Positions 8,097-18,537 of a stretch of DNA of 46,582 nt are shown here, piece by piece. Position numbers and translations under genes: made by a program. The stretch's first letter is position 1. Each line of letters begins with the position of its first letter. The notes below the pieces were generated by a model. It was not told the origin of the DNA and ran no database searches. It saw only the letters and a list, made by a program, of their open reading frames with translations. Location of the stretch: positions 1-46,582 of IMG/VR virus record IMGVR_UViG_3300005323_000012; one strand, written 5' to 3'. Origin of the DNA: a virus (taxonomy: Duplodnaviria > Caudoviricetes).

Positions 8097-8378
8097 CTAG
8101 TCTCGGCCCATACTTGTTTTTTGGACGTCGAGTAGCATCCTGACTCTATCTGCTCGTATTCCTGCCAGACGAAAAGCCCTCTGGGCAGCCACCAATTCAG
8201 GCTGCAGTTTCGCCAGGCGGGCTTTTGCGGCGACCTCGGCTTTGCTTCCTTCCTTAAAATTGTTCATGTTTTCCAGACATTCTGCCTGCTTGTCTTCAAT
8301 TTTTTCAAGCGTGTGAAAGGCTTTCTCCAGATTATCGAAGGCCACATTTACGTTGTCTTCTGTTATCATTTTTATCAT
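8097..8378 (-). CDS. Coiled-coil hypothetical protein
   Basis: Last gene of the late minus-strand operon. Confidence 0.6.
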   Translation of the reverse strand: MIKMITEDNVNVAFDNLEKAFHTLEKIEDKQAECLENMNNFKEGSKAEVAAKARLAKLQPELVAAQRAFRLAGIRADRVRMLLDVQKTSMGRD

Positions 8379-8381
8379 CTC

Positions 8382-9098
8382 CTATATTTTCTGAATGTAA
8401 CATAACGCGATCGCGTAAGGCAATAAAGTGATCGACCCGACACTAACCGATCCTCCGTGAGTGTGTGCTGCACCACCCCCCGCAGAAGGTGATGTGCGCG
8501 TGGAATAGACATCAGTCGATGGAGATCCTACACTAGTCGATCCCCACTCCCAGTCGAGATTCCACATAGCATCGGTGTAAGGGTGATTGTGCGCAGGCAT
8601 CTCAGTTATCGTGAGTGCATGTCCGCTGATCGTCATCGACCCAGTGGCAGTGAAGGAACTGCTCCCCCCAGTCCCTCCGACAGAGAAATACGCCGCCCCA
8701 GTGCCTGCGCCGACTGTGAAGCGGCCCCTCAGATCGATAGTTCCGCTGGTGCCGTCGCACAGATGCCAGCCCGAGGGGATTGATGCAACGCTGCCATACC
8801 AGAGCACTACTAGCCCAGTCGGCACGCCCATTCCTGCAAAAGCTGATGCATGCAGGTTTCCAGACGATCGATACAGCAGATCCGCATCAGAACCAGAACC
8901 AGGACCGTCGTTCCCTGCATGCCAATATGCATCATCCATCTCCTCGATCCGTGGATACAATGCATCGTGATCATGTGTGTAGAGATGGCCCACTATAGGA
9001 GACGTGATGTCCTCGTAAATAGTCTCAAAATTATTTAGAACTGTCGTAGTTAAAAGATCACCCGACGCCCAGGGATCGTGATTTTTCGTATAACCCAT
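8382..9098 (-). CDS. Tail fibre protein with tail-collar domain (paralog 3)
   Basis: VPTGLVVLWYGSVASIPSGWHLCDG...DLRGRFTVGAG; LTITEMPAHNH; ALCYIQK. Confidence 0.88.
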   Translation of the reverse strand: MGYTKNHDPWASGDLLTTTVLNNFETIYEDITSPIVGHLYTHDHDALYPRIEEMDDAYWHAGNDGPGSGSDADLLYRSSGNLHASAFAGMGVPTGLVVLWYGSVASIPSGWHLCDGTSGTIDLRGRFTVGAGTGAAYFSVGGTGGSSSFTATGSMTISGHALTITEMPAHNHPYTDAMWNLDWEWGSTSVGSPSTDVYSTRTSPSAGGGAAHTHGGSVSVGSITLLPYAIALCYIQKI

Positions 9099-9107
9099 CC
9101 TCGTCCC

Positions 9108-9827
9108 TCATGCATACTTCATAATATAATATAAACTGTGATACAATGGTCTGGGATCTACACCATTAAATGTTATCACTGAGCCTGAATGGCCGTGCGA
9201 TCCCCCGCCCGTGGCCTGTTCGCCTATAGTGGTCGATCCGTCTGAATAACTCGACAATGCGTGCACATGCCCCGGGAACGAATAGTCATTGGTGGTCCAG
9301 CTCGACCCATACCGAATATGATCTTCATATGAGTGGGTATGAGCGGGCAATTCGTCCGTGGTCAGCGTATGCACTGTCACTGTCACTGTTCCGGTCGGTG
9401 AAACTGTTCCGTTCCAGGTGGCCGGGCCGACCGTGGCCCCTACTGCATACGATCCTCCTGCCCCAATAACGAATCGATCTCTCAGATCGGGTGAAGCCTT
9501 TCCCCCATAGGTCCCACCATCACAGATATGCCACCCAGACGGAATGGTCGAATCCGTGCCGTACCATGCCATGATGGTGCCGGTCGGAAGAACTACTGCC
9601 AAAATATCCGAGTAATGTTTTCCGTCCAGAAGGTCGGCATCGAACCAGCCCCGATATGCCAAGCTGTAAAAAGTTGCATCTGCCATGGTCCGGGGAAGAT
9701 ATCTAGTATCGTGATTGTGAGCATCTGCATCTGCTTTTATTTCGTCCCACTGGGATTCGATGTGATTCAGTGCCTCCGCGCTGAGTCGATGCGTGCTGGT
9801 CCAAGGGTCATGATATTTTTCGTACAT
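9108..9827 (-). CDS. Tail fibre protein with tail-collar domain (paralog 2)
   Basis: LPTGTIMAWYG...IPSGWHICDG...PDLRDRFVIGAG; LTTDELPAHTH; LYYIMK. Confidence 0.88.
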   Translation of the reverse strand: MYEKYHDPWTSTHRLSAEALNHIESQWDEIKADADAHNHDTRYLPRTMADATFYSLAYRGWFDADLLDGKHYSDILAVVLPTGTIMAWYGTDSTIPSGWHICDGGTYGGKASPDLRDRFVIGAGGSYAVGATVGPATWNGTVSPTGTVTVTVHTLTTDELPAHTHSYEDHIRYGSSWTTNDYSFPGHVHALSSYSDGSTTIGEQATGGGSHGHSGSVITFNGVDPRPLYHSLYYIMKYA

Positions 9828-9831
9828 ATTA

Positions 9832-10533
9832 TCACGACTTCATGATTATACATAAGGCGTAATATGGTGGTGTTTTCGACTGTCCAGTCGTACCCGTCCA
9901 GGTGGCCGGATGAGTATGAGAGCTGCCACCACCTGTATTCCCAGTGGTTCTGGATGTGGAACCCGCGATCGCCGTCCCTGGTGTCTGGTCGCGCGCTGCG
10001 TTCTCTTGCATGTAATTTAGATTGTTGTTGTAATCCCCTGTAATCCCGTGACCATGTTTCGGGATCTCGGCTGCGGTGAGTATATGCCCTGCTATCGTGA
10101 TCGTTGCTGTCGTGGTGACAGTGATTGCTCCGCCGCGTGCCGCTTTCGCGTAGTGACTGCCAGCACCGACTATGAATCGATCCCTCAGATCGGGGGTTCC
10201 GTTGAGGCCGTTGCAGAGATACCATCCATCCGGTATCGAAGCCTCTGATCCCGACCACCATGCTATGTTTCCTGACGGTATTCCTGCGGCGATGATCTGA
10301 TCAGCGCTGTAGCCGTCTAGAGTCGTGGCCACCAGCCCGGAGCCGGAGCCGTCCGTTGAGCTGGAGAAGAACTTCGCGGCGGCCTGAGCATCAGTATAGT
10401 AGCGGCTGCTATGGGTTATGGCATTGATGTACGTCACCGCCTCATCGTACATTCCCTCCAGAGAATCGAGAGCGGTGAGCTTCTGGGCGGTGCTGTGAGA
10501 ATGCTCCCTCCAGACATTTTTCGTGTAGCTCAT
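9832..10533 (-). CDS. Tail fibre protein with tail-collar domain (paralog 1)
   Basis: IPSGNIAWWSG...IPDGWYLCNGLNGTPDLRDRFIVGAG; LTAAEIPKHGH; PPYYALCIIMK. Confidence 0.88.
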   Translation of the reverse strand: MSYTKNVWREHSHSTAQKLTALDSLEGMYDEAVTYINAITHSSRYYTDAQAAAKFFSSSTDGSGSGLVATTLDGYSADQIIAAGIPSGNIAWWSGSEASIPDGWYLCNGLNGTPDLRDRFIVGAGSHYAKAARGGAITVTTTATITIAGHILTAAEIPKHGHGITGDYNNNLNYMQENAARDQTPGTAIAGSTSRTTGNTGGGSSHTHPATWTGTTGQSKTPPYYALCIIMKS

Positions 10534-12905
10534 ACGACCGCCCCGTTCTGGTATTCCATGTTCACTTGATAGCTCTCTAGGCCGGTTTTTGTCCGGTCGA
10601 ATGTCGCCCTGTACAGCTCGACTCCTGATCCATATGCCGCTGTGGCCGAATCGCCGCCCCAGAAAACGACTTCATCAATGTCACCGATCGCTTCCGCTGC
10701 CGCGATGAACGAATAGCTATGATATTCATCATCATCATTTATGTCCGGGGTGCTGGTGTGGGCCTTTCGGAATATGCATACACCGCTTCTCCAGAATTCG
10801 ATGTACCGTGCCCGATCAGCATGCTCAAAACATGGCCATGTGTCATCAGACACTGCCAATCCAGTACTGATAGCGGCATTCGTGAAGGGATTGGGTCTGT
10901 CTGCCAGCTCATAGATATGCGAAAAATTGTATAGCTTCGCGACGCCAACTGTACCTGATTCTACGCCTTCACTAACTGTGTCTTGGACTGCCTCGAACGT
11001 GTCACGAAAGAAGAGGTCCCATTCCTCAGACACCGGCCCATAACAGGCCGTCACCGAATATTCGGTGTCTCCTTCTTTCAGCTCTTCGCTGACATGCGTG
11101 ATGAGAAAATCCTCATCTACGTCCCGGATGGTGATGTGCTGAAGAGTCCCGGCTGCCAACCCCGACCGTCTCGTCTTGTAGCTGATGGTGAGTCCATCAA
11201 CGCCGTACTCTGTTATTTTGGCAGTCGCATACTCGCCCGCGGCGGTAATGCTGGTCAGGGTATCATCTACTGTGACGTGTTCCACTTTTCCAGAGCCTAT
11301 CCCCTGCCGAGCCGCATTGGCCGCTATGAGCGTGAGGTCTTCTGCTTTTGATTTAGCCTTCCAGAGTCCGTAGTACGTTATCGATCCGGAACCAGCCGCA
11401 GGAGCAGTCTCAAACGTCAGGGTCTCGGATTCGACCGCATAATAACAGTCATACGATCCCGAGTCAGTGCCCTTGATGCCTACCGTTTTGGTCGCACCGT
11501 TCACGGTCACTGTGGAAACTCTACTGACAGGATAGCCCAACGCAAATGTTTTGGTTGTGCCGTCTGTCACAAAAGTTTCAGTCTGTTCGGAGGTTTCCTC
11601 ATATCCGCCAACAACGACCTCGATATTGCGGTAGTCTGGATTCGTCCTGGTGATGGAAAGGCTCTCACTCAGGATATCTGTGCCATCTGCTATATTCCAG
11701 TCTGCCGCGTAGAGCGTCCTGGCATGGAAGTAGAGCTGCAGTTTGTAGTCCACATAAATGACAAATCCGCAAGCCTCGGCCAATTTTTTTAGTGCCGTGG
11801 TGGCTGAGCAATTGGCGAACGTGATTTGGGTCAGCAGCTCGCCGTTCGCTATGTAACCTTCCGTGATCCCTTCTTCCGCCAGGTATTCCTCGATGAGGTC
11901 CCGGACAGCTTCGCCCGCCAATGTATTTTCTGCAGCATAATCGACCAGCCGCCAATCCAGAATCGCCGTAAAATCTGTGGCTTCGATCGTGTGAAATACT
12001 ATCGAGGTGCCAGGAATTCTGACACTTTCACAGCTCTGGACCAGTCCGGCAAAGGATCGATTCTCGTCTAGGTCAGTGACAAGAACCAGTCCCCTCTCGT
12101 AGAATGCCATCGCCCCAGTCAGATCAAGGACAACAAAGCCTGCCGTGGCCCGACCATCAACATAGTGATCGATGGATAGTGGCTCATTCGCTAGCCACTT
12201 GTGATTCTCCACCCCGTCCACGCATCCTGCCATTCGCATTCCCAGTTCATATGCAGGAGTGGCATCATATTCTGATGCCAGAGCGGCATCATATAGCCGA
12301 GTTGTGCCGACCTGGATCAGGATCGGATCTGGGCATACTTCCGCCTCCAGTTCTAGGCCGCAGATTACGGTAGCCACCCAGTCGGCTATGATAGCATATC
12401 CAACATCGTCTGGATGCACCCCCCCAGGATAATTCTCATATGTCGCCTGGCTCATGATGCCGTCCGAGGCCACATCGCATAGAGCATCAGCCACGCTTGC
12501 CCAATTAGCACGAATCAGGGCATTGGCCCCAGCCCATGCGGTTTCATGATCCTCGACTACCCGCGGAAGAATCGTATGCAGTATGACCTTCCAGCCGAGG
12601 GCCTTTCTTGCCAGGCACCAGGTCGATATGTCTCCCCATATCTGTTCTGCCGTGCGGCCCAGCGAAATATCATTTCGTCCGGCCATGAGGACCACGATAT
12701 TTCGATCATAGCCAGGGTCATACAGCGGATCTACTTGAGTTGCTGCTTCTCCCACCATGTTCTGAATAGTGTCGCCGCCTAATGCGACGTTCGCTATCGT
12801 GTCTAAGCCGAGGAGTGCTTGAGTCAGGGTGGGATATGGTGTTGTCCCACCAACGCCTGCGGTAATCGAGTTTCCCTCGAAGACGACTTTCCGAGTTAGA
12901 GTCAT
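10530..12905 (-). CDS. Tail-tip/baseplate hub protein with N-terminal SGNH/GDSL hydrolase domain
   Basis: VVFEGNSITAG (block I), NVALGG (II), MAGRND (III), GVHP (V); remainder resembles a phage tail hub. Confidence 0.75.
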   Translation of the reverse strand: MTLTRKVVFEGNSITAGVGGTTPYPTLTQALLGLDTIANVALGGDTIQNMVGEAATQVDPLYDPGYDRNIVVLMAGRNDISLGRTAEQIWGDISTWCLARKALGWKVILHTILPRVVEDHETAWAGANALIRANWASVADALCDVASDGIMSQATYENYPGGVHPDDVGYAIIADWVATVICGLELEAEVCPDPILIQVGTTRLYDAALASEYDATPAYELGMRMAGCVDGVENHKWLANEPLSIDHYVDGRATAGFVVLDLTGAMAFYERGLVLVTDLDENRSFAGLVQSCESVRIPGTSIVFHTIEATDFTAILDWRLVDYAAENTLAGEAVRDLIEEYLAEEGITEGYIANGELLTQITFANCSATTALKKLAEACGFVIYVDYKLQLYFHARTLYAADWNIADGTDILSESLSITRTNPDYRNIEVVVGGYEETSEQTETFVTDGTTKTFALGYPVSRVSTVTVNGATKTVGIKGTDSGSYDCYYAVESETLTFETAPAAGSGSITYYGLWKAKSKAEDLTLIAANAARQGIGSGKVEHVTVDDTLTSITAAGEYATAKITEYGVDGLTISYKTRRSGLAAGTLQHITIRDVDEDFLITHVSEELKEGDTEYSVTACYGPVSEEWDLFFRDTFEAVQDTVSEGVESGTVGVAKLYNFSHIYELADRPNPFTNAAISTGLAVSDDTWPCFEHADRARYIEFWRSGVCIFRKAHTSTPDINDDDEYHSYSFIAAAEAIGDIDEVVFWGGDSATAAYGSGVELYRATFDRTKTGLESYQVNMEYQNGAVV

Positions 12906-13939
12906 GCTTCCAGGGCTTCTATTCTGGCTCTGAGGCTTTCATTCTCGGCTGCCAGCTCCTGGATAGCTCGGACCACCACCGGCAGAAGCTTTCCAGGGGT
13001 TGTCTCCCACCTGTCGGGATTGGCTTTCCCCACGAGCCCCATCCAGGCGGCAGAATGCTTATCCTGGATGGCATCCAGCTCTTGTGCGATGAACCCGGCC
13101 TCATCGGCCCCTAGCTCACCCTCTCCGAGTGACCCATCTTCTGAGGTGGCCCTGCGCTTCCATGTGAACCTCCGAGGCCTGAGGTCCTTCAGGAACTCCA
13201 GACCTAGCTCCAAGTCCGTGATATTGGCCTTGTCCCGGACATCAGAGATCGCCGTGATTGTGGTAGTGGCGCACCTGAGAGTCGTGACATTGGCATCTCC
13301 GAGAGTAACCTCATTTGTGGCCGTGGCAGAGCTGGCAGCGGCTGCATAGCCGACCACTGTCAGATTAGAACCTGTGGTGATCGAGGAGCCTGCATTATAC
13401 CCCACAATTGTGTTTTTGGCTCCCGTAGTGATTGCTGACCCTGCGGAATAGCCGATCAGAACTAATTCTGTAGCTGTAGTGGCTGCTATTCCGGCAGAAA
13501 ATCCTATTCCAATATTACCTAATGTGGTGGTAAGGGCGTATAGTGCACTCGCCCCAATTGCAATATTTCTATTTCCAGTGGTGCAGGTATAGAGAGCATA
13601 TCTGCCGATCCCGACATTGAAATCGCCGTCGATTAAGTTGGTGAGGGCTCGGTATCCAACTGCCACGTTTGCGATGGCCTCAGTGGAGTCCAACATGGCC
13701 TCGTAGCCGATAGCCGTGTTTCCATAGCCGGTCGTGATCGAATCCAGAGCATTTTGTCCGACGCAGTGATTTGTGGAATTGCCGTTATTTCCGTATCCGA
13801 CGTTGAATGTCGCTGCTGCATTCGTCAGCAGTGCATCGTCTAGCACTTCCATATTGGCATTCAGATCTGTGCGTATCGTCAGCATCAAATCCGTTGATTG
13901 TGACTTTTTCAGGCTCAGCCTGGTTGTGGTGGTTGACAT
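12902..13939 (-). CDS. Tail fibre/spike with beta-repeat shaft and C-terminal peptidase S74 intramolecular chaperone
   Basis: About 14-aa repeats (NxAIGxxAL..xTTG); SDVRDKANITDL, GFIAQEL, and terminal coiled coil. Confidence 0.88.
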   Translation of the reverse strand: MSTTTTRLSLKKSQSTDLMLTIRTDLNANMEVLDDALLTNAAATFNVGYGNNGNSTNHCVGQNALDSITTGYGNTAIGYEAMLDSTEAIANVAVGYRALTNLIDGDFNVGIGRYALYTCTTGNRNIAIGASALYALTTTLGNIGIGFSAGIAATTATELVLIGYSAGSAITTGAKNTIVGYNAGSSITTGSNLTVVGYAAAASSATATNEVTLGDANVTTLRCATTTITAISDVRDKANITDLELGLEFLKDLRPRRFTWKRRATSEDGSLGEGELGADEAGFIAQELDAIQDKHSAAWMGLVGKANPDRWETTPGKLLPVVVRAIQELAAENESLRARIEALEA

Positions 13940-13943
13940 TATC

Positions 13944-16900
13944 TCACCTCGATGATATTGCTCCGCGTAGCTGCAGTTGTTTTTTCACCCTCTCCATCAC
14001 CAAGTTTGTGACCTCCTTTCCGTCCAAATACCAATGATGCTCGGTGCAGTCCTCGATTACGATTTTAGGCGATGCCCCGGCTGCACCATTTCCTAGACCC
14101 ATGTCAGCCAACTGTAGAAACATCTTTGTAAGGTTTGCTGGTAGGATCAACTCCGGTCCGGATTCTCCGACAATATCCAGCTCCGGGCCGTTGTCCACTA
14201 GCGCTCCTTTCGCCCGGAATACTGCCGGGAGTGTGTAGCCTGTTCCGCTTGTCGTGCCGCCTGAGACAACCACACCCGTAAGCGGATTGATGTACGAAAC
14301 TACCCCGCTCGGACTCGTATATTTTAGGGCATTTACGGCAATCCCCGTACAGGCATCAGTGAAGCCTTCAAAAAGACAATCAGTAAGCGTTTTGGAGGCG
14401 ACTGCCACAGAGCTAGCGGCAGAACTCGATACTCCTGCCGTGCTGGAACTGGACGATACATTAACATTCACAGATATCTTCTTGAGTTCAGTGGTGATTG
14501 CCGCTACTCCAGCACTAATCTTCGCCTGAGCTGCGGTCATATCTGTGACGAGCCCCGTCCAGATCTCATTCCACTTCACGCGAAAAGCCTGCATTGACGC
14601 GGTGCTGTTCGTGATCATGGCGTCGATAGCGGTTTTCGAGCTAGAGGCTGCTGACGAAAACGAGCTAACGATACCCTCTTCCAGGCTTGTTAGCGAAGGT
14701 GTGATGTTCGCTAAGTAGCTCCCCCATGTGGTTTTAGCGTCAGCCAGAATAGCGGCATTGCTACTGATAGCGGTATTCCTGACATCGAGCAACGCCGACC
14801 AAGCCCCGTCTCTCATAGCCGTGGCTTCATCAGTCACAATATTTGTGATGGATTTCCAGTACTTAGCGCCCTCGCCTTTGATGATGTCCCATGTGATCCT
14901 GAAAAAGTCTTTGAGATTGTTCAGAATCTTCTTCACGGAGCTTGCCATTTCAGCCAGGCCGGTGATCCCGAAGGTGGCCGTCATGTTCTCAGCCTTGCCT
15001 TCGTCGCTGCTATCGGCTGATCCGGTAGAGGTTCCTTCGGCGAAGCCTCTCAGCCCGTAGGCCCGCATGGCCGCATAGAGGAGATCCCACCGCTTGGTTT
15101 TTGTTGGGATGACGAACTCAGGGTTTTCCGGTCCATCTTCGCCTATGACCGCCAACTCTGGACCGCTTGTCTTGGTACCAGTGGCATAATATGTATGGCC
15201 GGTATAGATTGGACTGTATGAATATTGTGTATATGTGCTCGGAAGACTAGCCCGGACGCTGGCTGCGAATGACGCCGCTGCTGACGATATGGTACTAGCG
15301 CCGGATGCCAATGAGCTATATACTAGGCTGCCACCAGATTGCAGGGAAGATCCGGCCAGGACAGCCGCGCTTTGCAGTGAGCTGCCCGCGCCGGATATTT
15401 TCGACTGCAAATCAGATCCAGCGACTATTACTTTTGAATATAGATCCCCGCCTGCGGCTGTGACTTTCTGCTGAGCCACTGAACCTATCACCGCGATCTC
15501 ATTGCCAGCAGAATCTAGGCCGATCTTCACGGCTTGGCCGCCTGATGTGAGAAAGCCTGAAGCTACTTGGATGCCTGCCTGGATGGCATTGGCCGCGGTC
15601 TGCGATCCTGTGAGGATCTTCTCGGCTGCTGCCGCTCCTGCTGCTGATATCGCGTCTGCTGTGGCTGTGCCTTTTCCGGTCACATAATCCATCAGTGACT
15701 TGATATGCTCAGAGGATGTCGATTTTGCTTCTGATAGTATGTCTCTGACAGAGGTCTTTCGAATTTCGGCTACCTCTTTTTCGGTAGCTACTGCGGTAGA
15801 ATTGGCTTTCGCCTGAGTGGCATTATAATCATCTTGCCCTTTGGTGAATGCTACGGTGAGCTTTTCGATAGTAGATGGCAGAAGAGTAGTACCTGCCGTT
15901 TTCATGCCGTTGATGATGGCTAAGAAATCTTGTGTAGTGTTCCCGGCCTTTCCCATCTCCTCGGCCCATTCAGTGGCCTTCATCCAGCCGGTGCCTTCCA
16001 TGCTAATGTACAGCTCGCCGTTTCGTGTGCTGGTGGCAGCTCCACCCTCGGATGATTCTGTGGGCCTGAGGTTAGATCCTGATGTCGAAGTATATTTTAC
16101 CTCAGTGACATTGTAAGTCACATCACGAGTTTCACCGTTGGCTGGGAGCTTGTCACCCTTCTGGGTGATATTGGCTTCTATTTCGAAATCTTCAGCCGAG
16201 AATATATCTTCAGCATCTTTTCGCCACTGAGTAGCCCGTTCTATCAGAGAGTCGCCTGCACCGTCCCAGGCCGTGTTCATCGCGTTTCCGATGATCTCCA
16301 GGAGGGCAGCGCCTATTGTGCCCTTCCCGGCTGTGATGATGGTGCTAGCGAATCCTACGGCGAAGTCATAGGCGGCAGTGAGGGCCATCTTCGCCCAATC
16401 TATCAGAGTGGTGAAAATATTTTTGAATGCCGTATATATGGTAGTGCCGAGGCTTCCGCCGTCGCCTTTTATGCCGTTCCAGAAAGCCTCTATCTTGTCG
16501 TAGATCCATTCTCCTAGAGCCTTAGCGCCTTCGGCTACGGCTTTCGCTAGATCTTCGCCGAGGGTCTTCGGACCGCCGCCTGTGATCCAGTCGTTGAAGT
16601 CCTTCTTTACGCCGTCGATGATCGACCCGGCCCAATCTGTGACCTGTTTCCATCCAGCCTTCAGCTTATCGGCTACGTCTGCGGCTGCTGCACCCCAATC
16701 TACAGCCAGGAGCCCGGCCTTGAAACTATCCCAAACAGCGGATAGAGTCTCCAGACCACCCTTGATTTTTTCCGTGATGGATGATCCTGCACCGGACCAA
16801 TCTGCAGAGGTGAGATAGTTCCAGACAATAGAACCGATATCAGCCAGCTTTGTGATAGCATCTCGGATAGCTTGGCCGAGCTTGAACCCGACAGTTCCCC

Positions 16901-18506
16901 AATCTACGCCGTCGAAATATCCTAAGATAGTTTTTCCAACATCAGAAAACTTGCCGATGGCTGTGTCCCAGGCCGAGACCAGGGAGTCCCAGACGCCAGA
17001 CCAATCGACGTCCATAACGTCATCATGCAGCCCCTGCCAGAGATCGACCCACCAATCACCCAGAGCTTCGACGCCGCCCCATATTGCAGAACCCACGCCG
17101 CCCCAATCCACATTTACCAGGGCATCCAGAAGGTCGGAACCGAGGCTCTCCAGCACATCCCATGCTGCAGAAATGCCACCAGTGACATACGATCCGAGTC
17201 CCGACCAGTTAACGCTTTTAATTTTTTCGTACAGTTGTTCTCCAATATTCTTGATTTTTTCATAGCCAGCCTTGACGCCCGATGCTAGGAGATCGCCCGC
17301 CACGTCCCAGTCCCCAGATGCCAATGCCACAGCAAACTCCTGCACCGCAGGAGCGAGACCGGTCCAGGCATTCAGCAGCTTTACGGCAGCGGGCTCCAGA
17401 GCGCCACCTATGGCAGTAGCTAGCCCCTCGGTGGCCGATTTTGCCAGGTTATAGGCCCCTGTCAGCTTCTCAGAGTCCATCATCAGGCTTGCTTGAGTGT
17501 GTGCCAACCCATTGGAGCCTATGATTTTCTGATTGAGGGCGTCTACGGCGTCACCGCTGCCCGCCAGGGCGTACATGATAGCGCCGGATGAGTCCGTAAA
17601 TATATTTCCAAAGTCACCGATGTCCGCACCTTTTGATAGCAGCAGCTCAATGGTGTCCATGAAGTTGTGCGTGCGCGGGTCTATCTGATCATACGAGATG
17701 CCCAGCTTCTCCATCGTCTCATATTGCTTTTTAGTGGGCTCGTACAATGCCAACAAAGCGGTCTTGAGAGCCGCGCCGCTCTGCTCACCTGTATAGTTCT
17801 TGTCAGCCAGGACGCCTACGATGGCAGAAAACTCCGATAGCTGCATTCCAGAAGCAGATGCGGTTGAACCGCCTTGCCGGAGAGCATAGTTGAGCGTCTC
17901 CATGCTGGCAGAGCTGCCATTCATGGCCATCGCCATCTGATCAGCTACTGTCTGGCTGTCTGCCATCGACAGCCCAAAAGAATTAATTGAGCCTGTGACG
18001 AGATCAGTTACGCTGGCCAGATCGCTTTGGGTGGCCGCCGCCAGATCAAGGAAAGGTAGAAGCTCAGTCTTTCCCACATTGGCAACATTGACGCCCTTGG
18101 CAGCAAGGACATCATATGTCTCGGCTATCTGGGTAGGATTGAAAATGGTGGAAGATCCCAATTCCTGGGAAATATCCATAATATGTTTTTGGATAGTATC
18201 ATATTGTGATTTGATCTCTTCAGCGCTCTTGCCGCTCACATCTACTGCCTTCGATGCTGCGGAGCTGGCGGCGCTCTCCAGATCCTTGAACGCCACCAGG
18301 CCGGCAGTAGCTATTCCGACAGCAGCCACGGCACCCGCTTCAAGCCCGGTCTTCAGTGCACCGCCTATCGCAGAGCCTGCGCTCCTGGCTTTTCCCTCGA
18401 TCTCGCCAATAGCGCTGGAGAACTTGGACTTGGCGGAGTTCAGGCCGCTTTCATCGACCTTGAATCCGACCGTCGCATAGGCGCTTCCGACCTGTTCAGA
18501 TGGCAT
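13944..18506 (-). CDS. Tape measure protein (TP901-type core), 1520 aa
   Basis: Ala/Gly-rich, TMP core (LDLAAATQSDL...GEQSGAALKTAL), periodic W repeats, position after the chaperones. Confidence 0.93.
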   Translation of the reverse strand: MPSEQVGSAYATVGFKVDESGLNSAKSKFSSAIGEIEGKARSAGSAIGGALKTGLEAGAVAAVGIATAGLVAFKDLESAASSAASKAVDVSGKSAEEIKSQYDTIQKHIMDISQELGSSTIFNPTQIAETYDVLAAKGVNVANVGKTELLPFLDLAAATQSDLASVTDLVTGSINSFGLSMADSQTVADQMAMAMNGSSASMETLNYALRQGGSTASASGMQLSEFSAIVGVLADKNYTGEQSGAALKTALLALYEPTKKQYETMEKLGISYDQIDPRTHNFMDTIELLLSKGADIGDFGNIFTDSSGAIMYALAGSGDAVDALNQKIIGSNGLAHTQASLMMDSEKLTGAYNLAKSATEGLATAIGGALEPAAVKLLNAWTGLAPAVQEFAVALASGDWDVAGDLLASGVKAGYEKIKNIGEQLYEKIKSVNWSGLGSYVTGGISAAWDVLESLGSDLLDALVNVDWGGVGSAIWGGVEALGDWWVDLWQGLHDDVMDVDWSGVWDSLVSAWDTAIGKFSDVGKTILGYFDGVDWGTVGFKLGQAIRDAITKLADIGSIVWNYLTSADWSGAGSSITEKIKGGLETLSAVWDSFKAGLLAVDWGAAAADVADKLKAGWKQVTDWAGSIIDGVKKDFNDWITGGGPKTLGEDLAKAVAEGAKALGEWIYDKIEAFWNGIKGDGGSLGTTIYTAFKNIFTTLIDWAKMALTAAYDFAVGFASTIITAGKGTIGAALLEIIGNAMNTAWDGAGDSLIERATQWRKDAEDIFSAEDFEIEANITQKGDKLPANGETRDVTYNVTEVKYTSTSGSNLRPTESSEGGAATSTRNGELYISMEGTGWMKATEWAEEMGKAGNTTQDFLAIINGMKTAGTTLLPSTIEKLTVAFTKGQDDYNATQAKANSTAVATEKEVAEIRKTSVRDILSEAKSTSSEHIKSLMDYVTGKGTATADAISAAGAAAAEKILTGSQTAANAIQAGIQVASGFLTSGGQAVKIGLDSAGNEIAVIGSVAQQKVTAAGGDLYSKVIVAGSDLQSKISGAGSSLQSAAVLAGSSLQSGGSLVYSSLASGASTISSAAASFAASVRASLPSTYTQYSYSPIYTGHTYYATGTKTSGPELAVIGEDGPENPEFVIPTKTKRWDLLYAAMRAYGLRGFAEGTSTGSADSSDEGKAENMTATFGITGLAEMASSVKKILNNLKDFFRITWDIIKGEGAKYWKSITNIVTDEATAMRDGAWSALLDVRNTAISSNAAILADAKTTWGSYLANITPSLTSLEEGIVSSFSSAASSSKTAIDAMITNSTASMQAFRVKWNEIWTGLVTDMTAAQAKISAGVAAITTELKKISVNVNVSSSSSTAGVSSSAASSVAVASKTLTDCLFEGFTDACTGIAVNALKYTSPSGVVSYINPLTGVVVSGGTTSGTGYTLPAVFRAKGALVDNGPELDIVGESGPELILPANLTKMFLQLADMGLGNGAAGASPKIVIEDCTEHHWYLDGKEVTNLVMERVKKQLQLRGAISSR

Positions 18507-18537
18507 TTTTACCCCAAGTTATTATTTATAAAAATAT

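Noticed and set aside
8382-13939. Additional DGR variable repeats in the tail fibre genes
   Set aside because: No similarity to the TR seen by eye; a low-stringency BLASTn of TR against the genome would confirm
14044-18480. Many + strand ORFs opposite the tape measure gene
   Set aside because: Shadow frames of an Ala/Ser-rich coding strand
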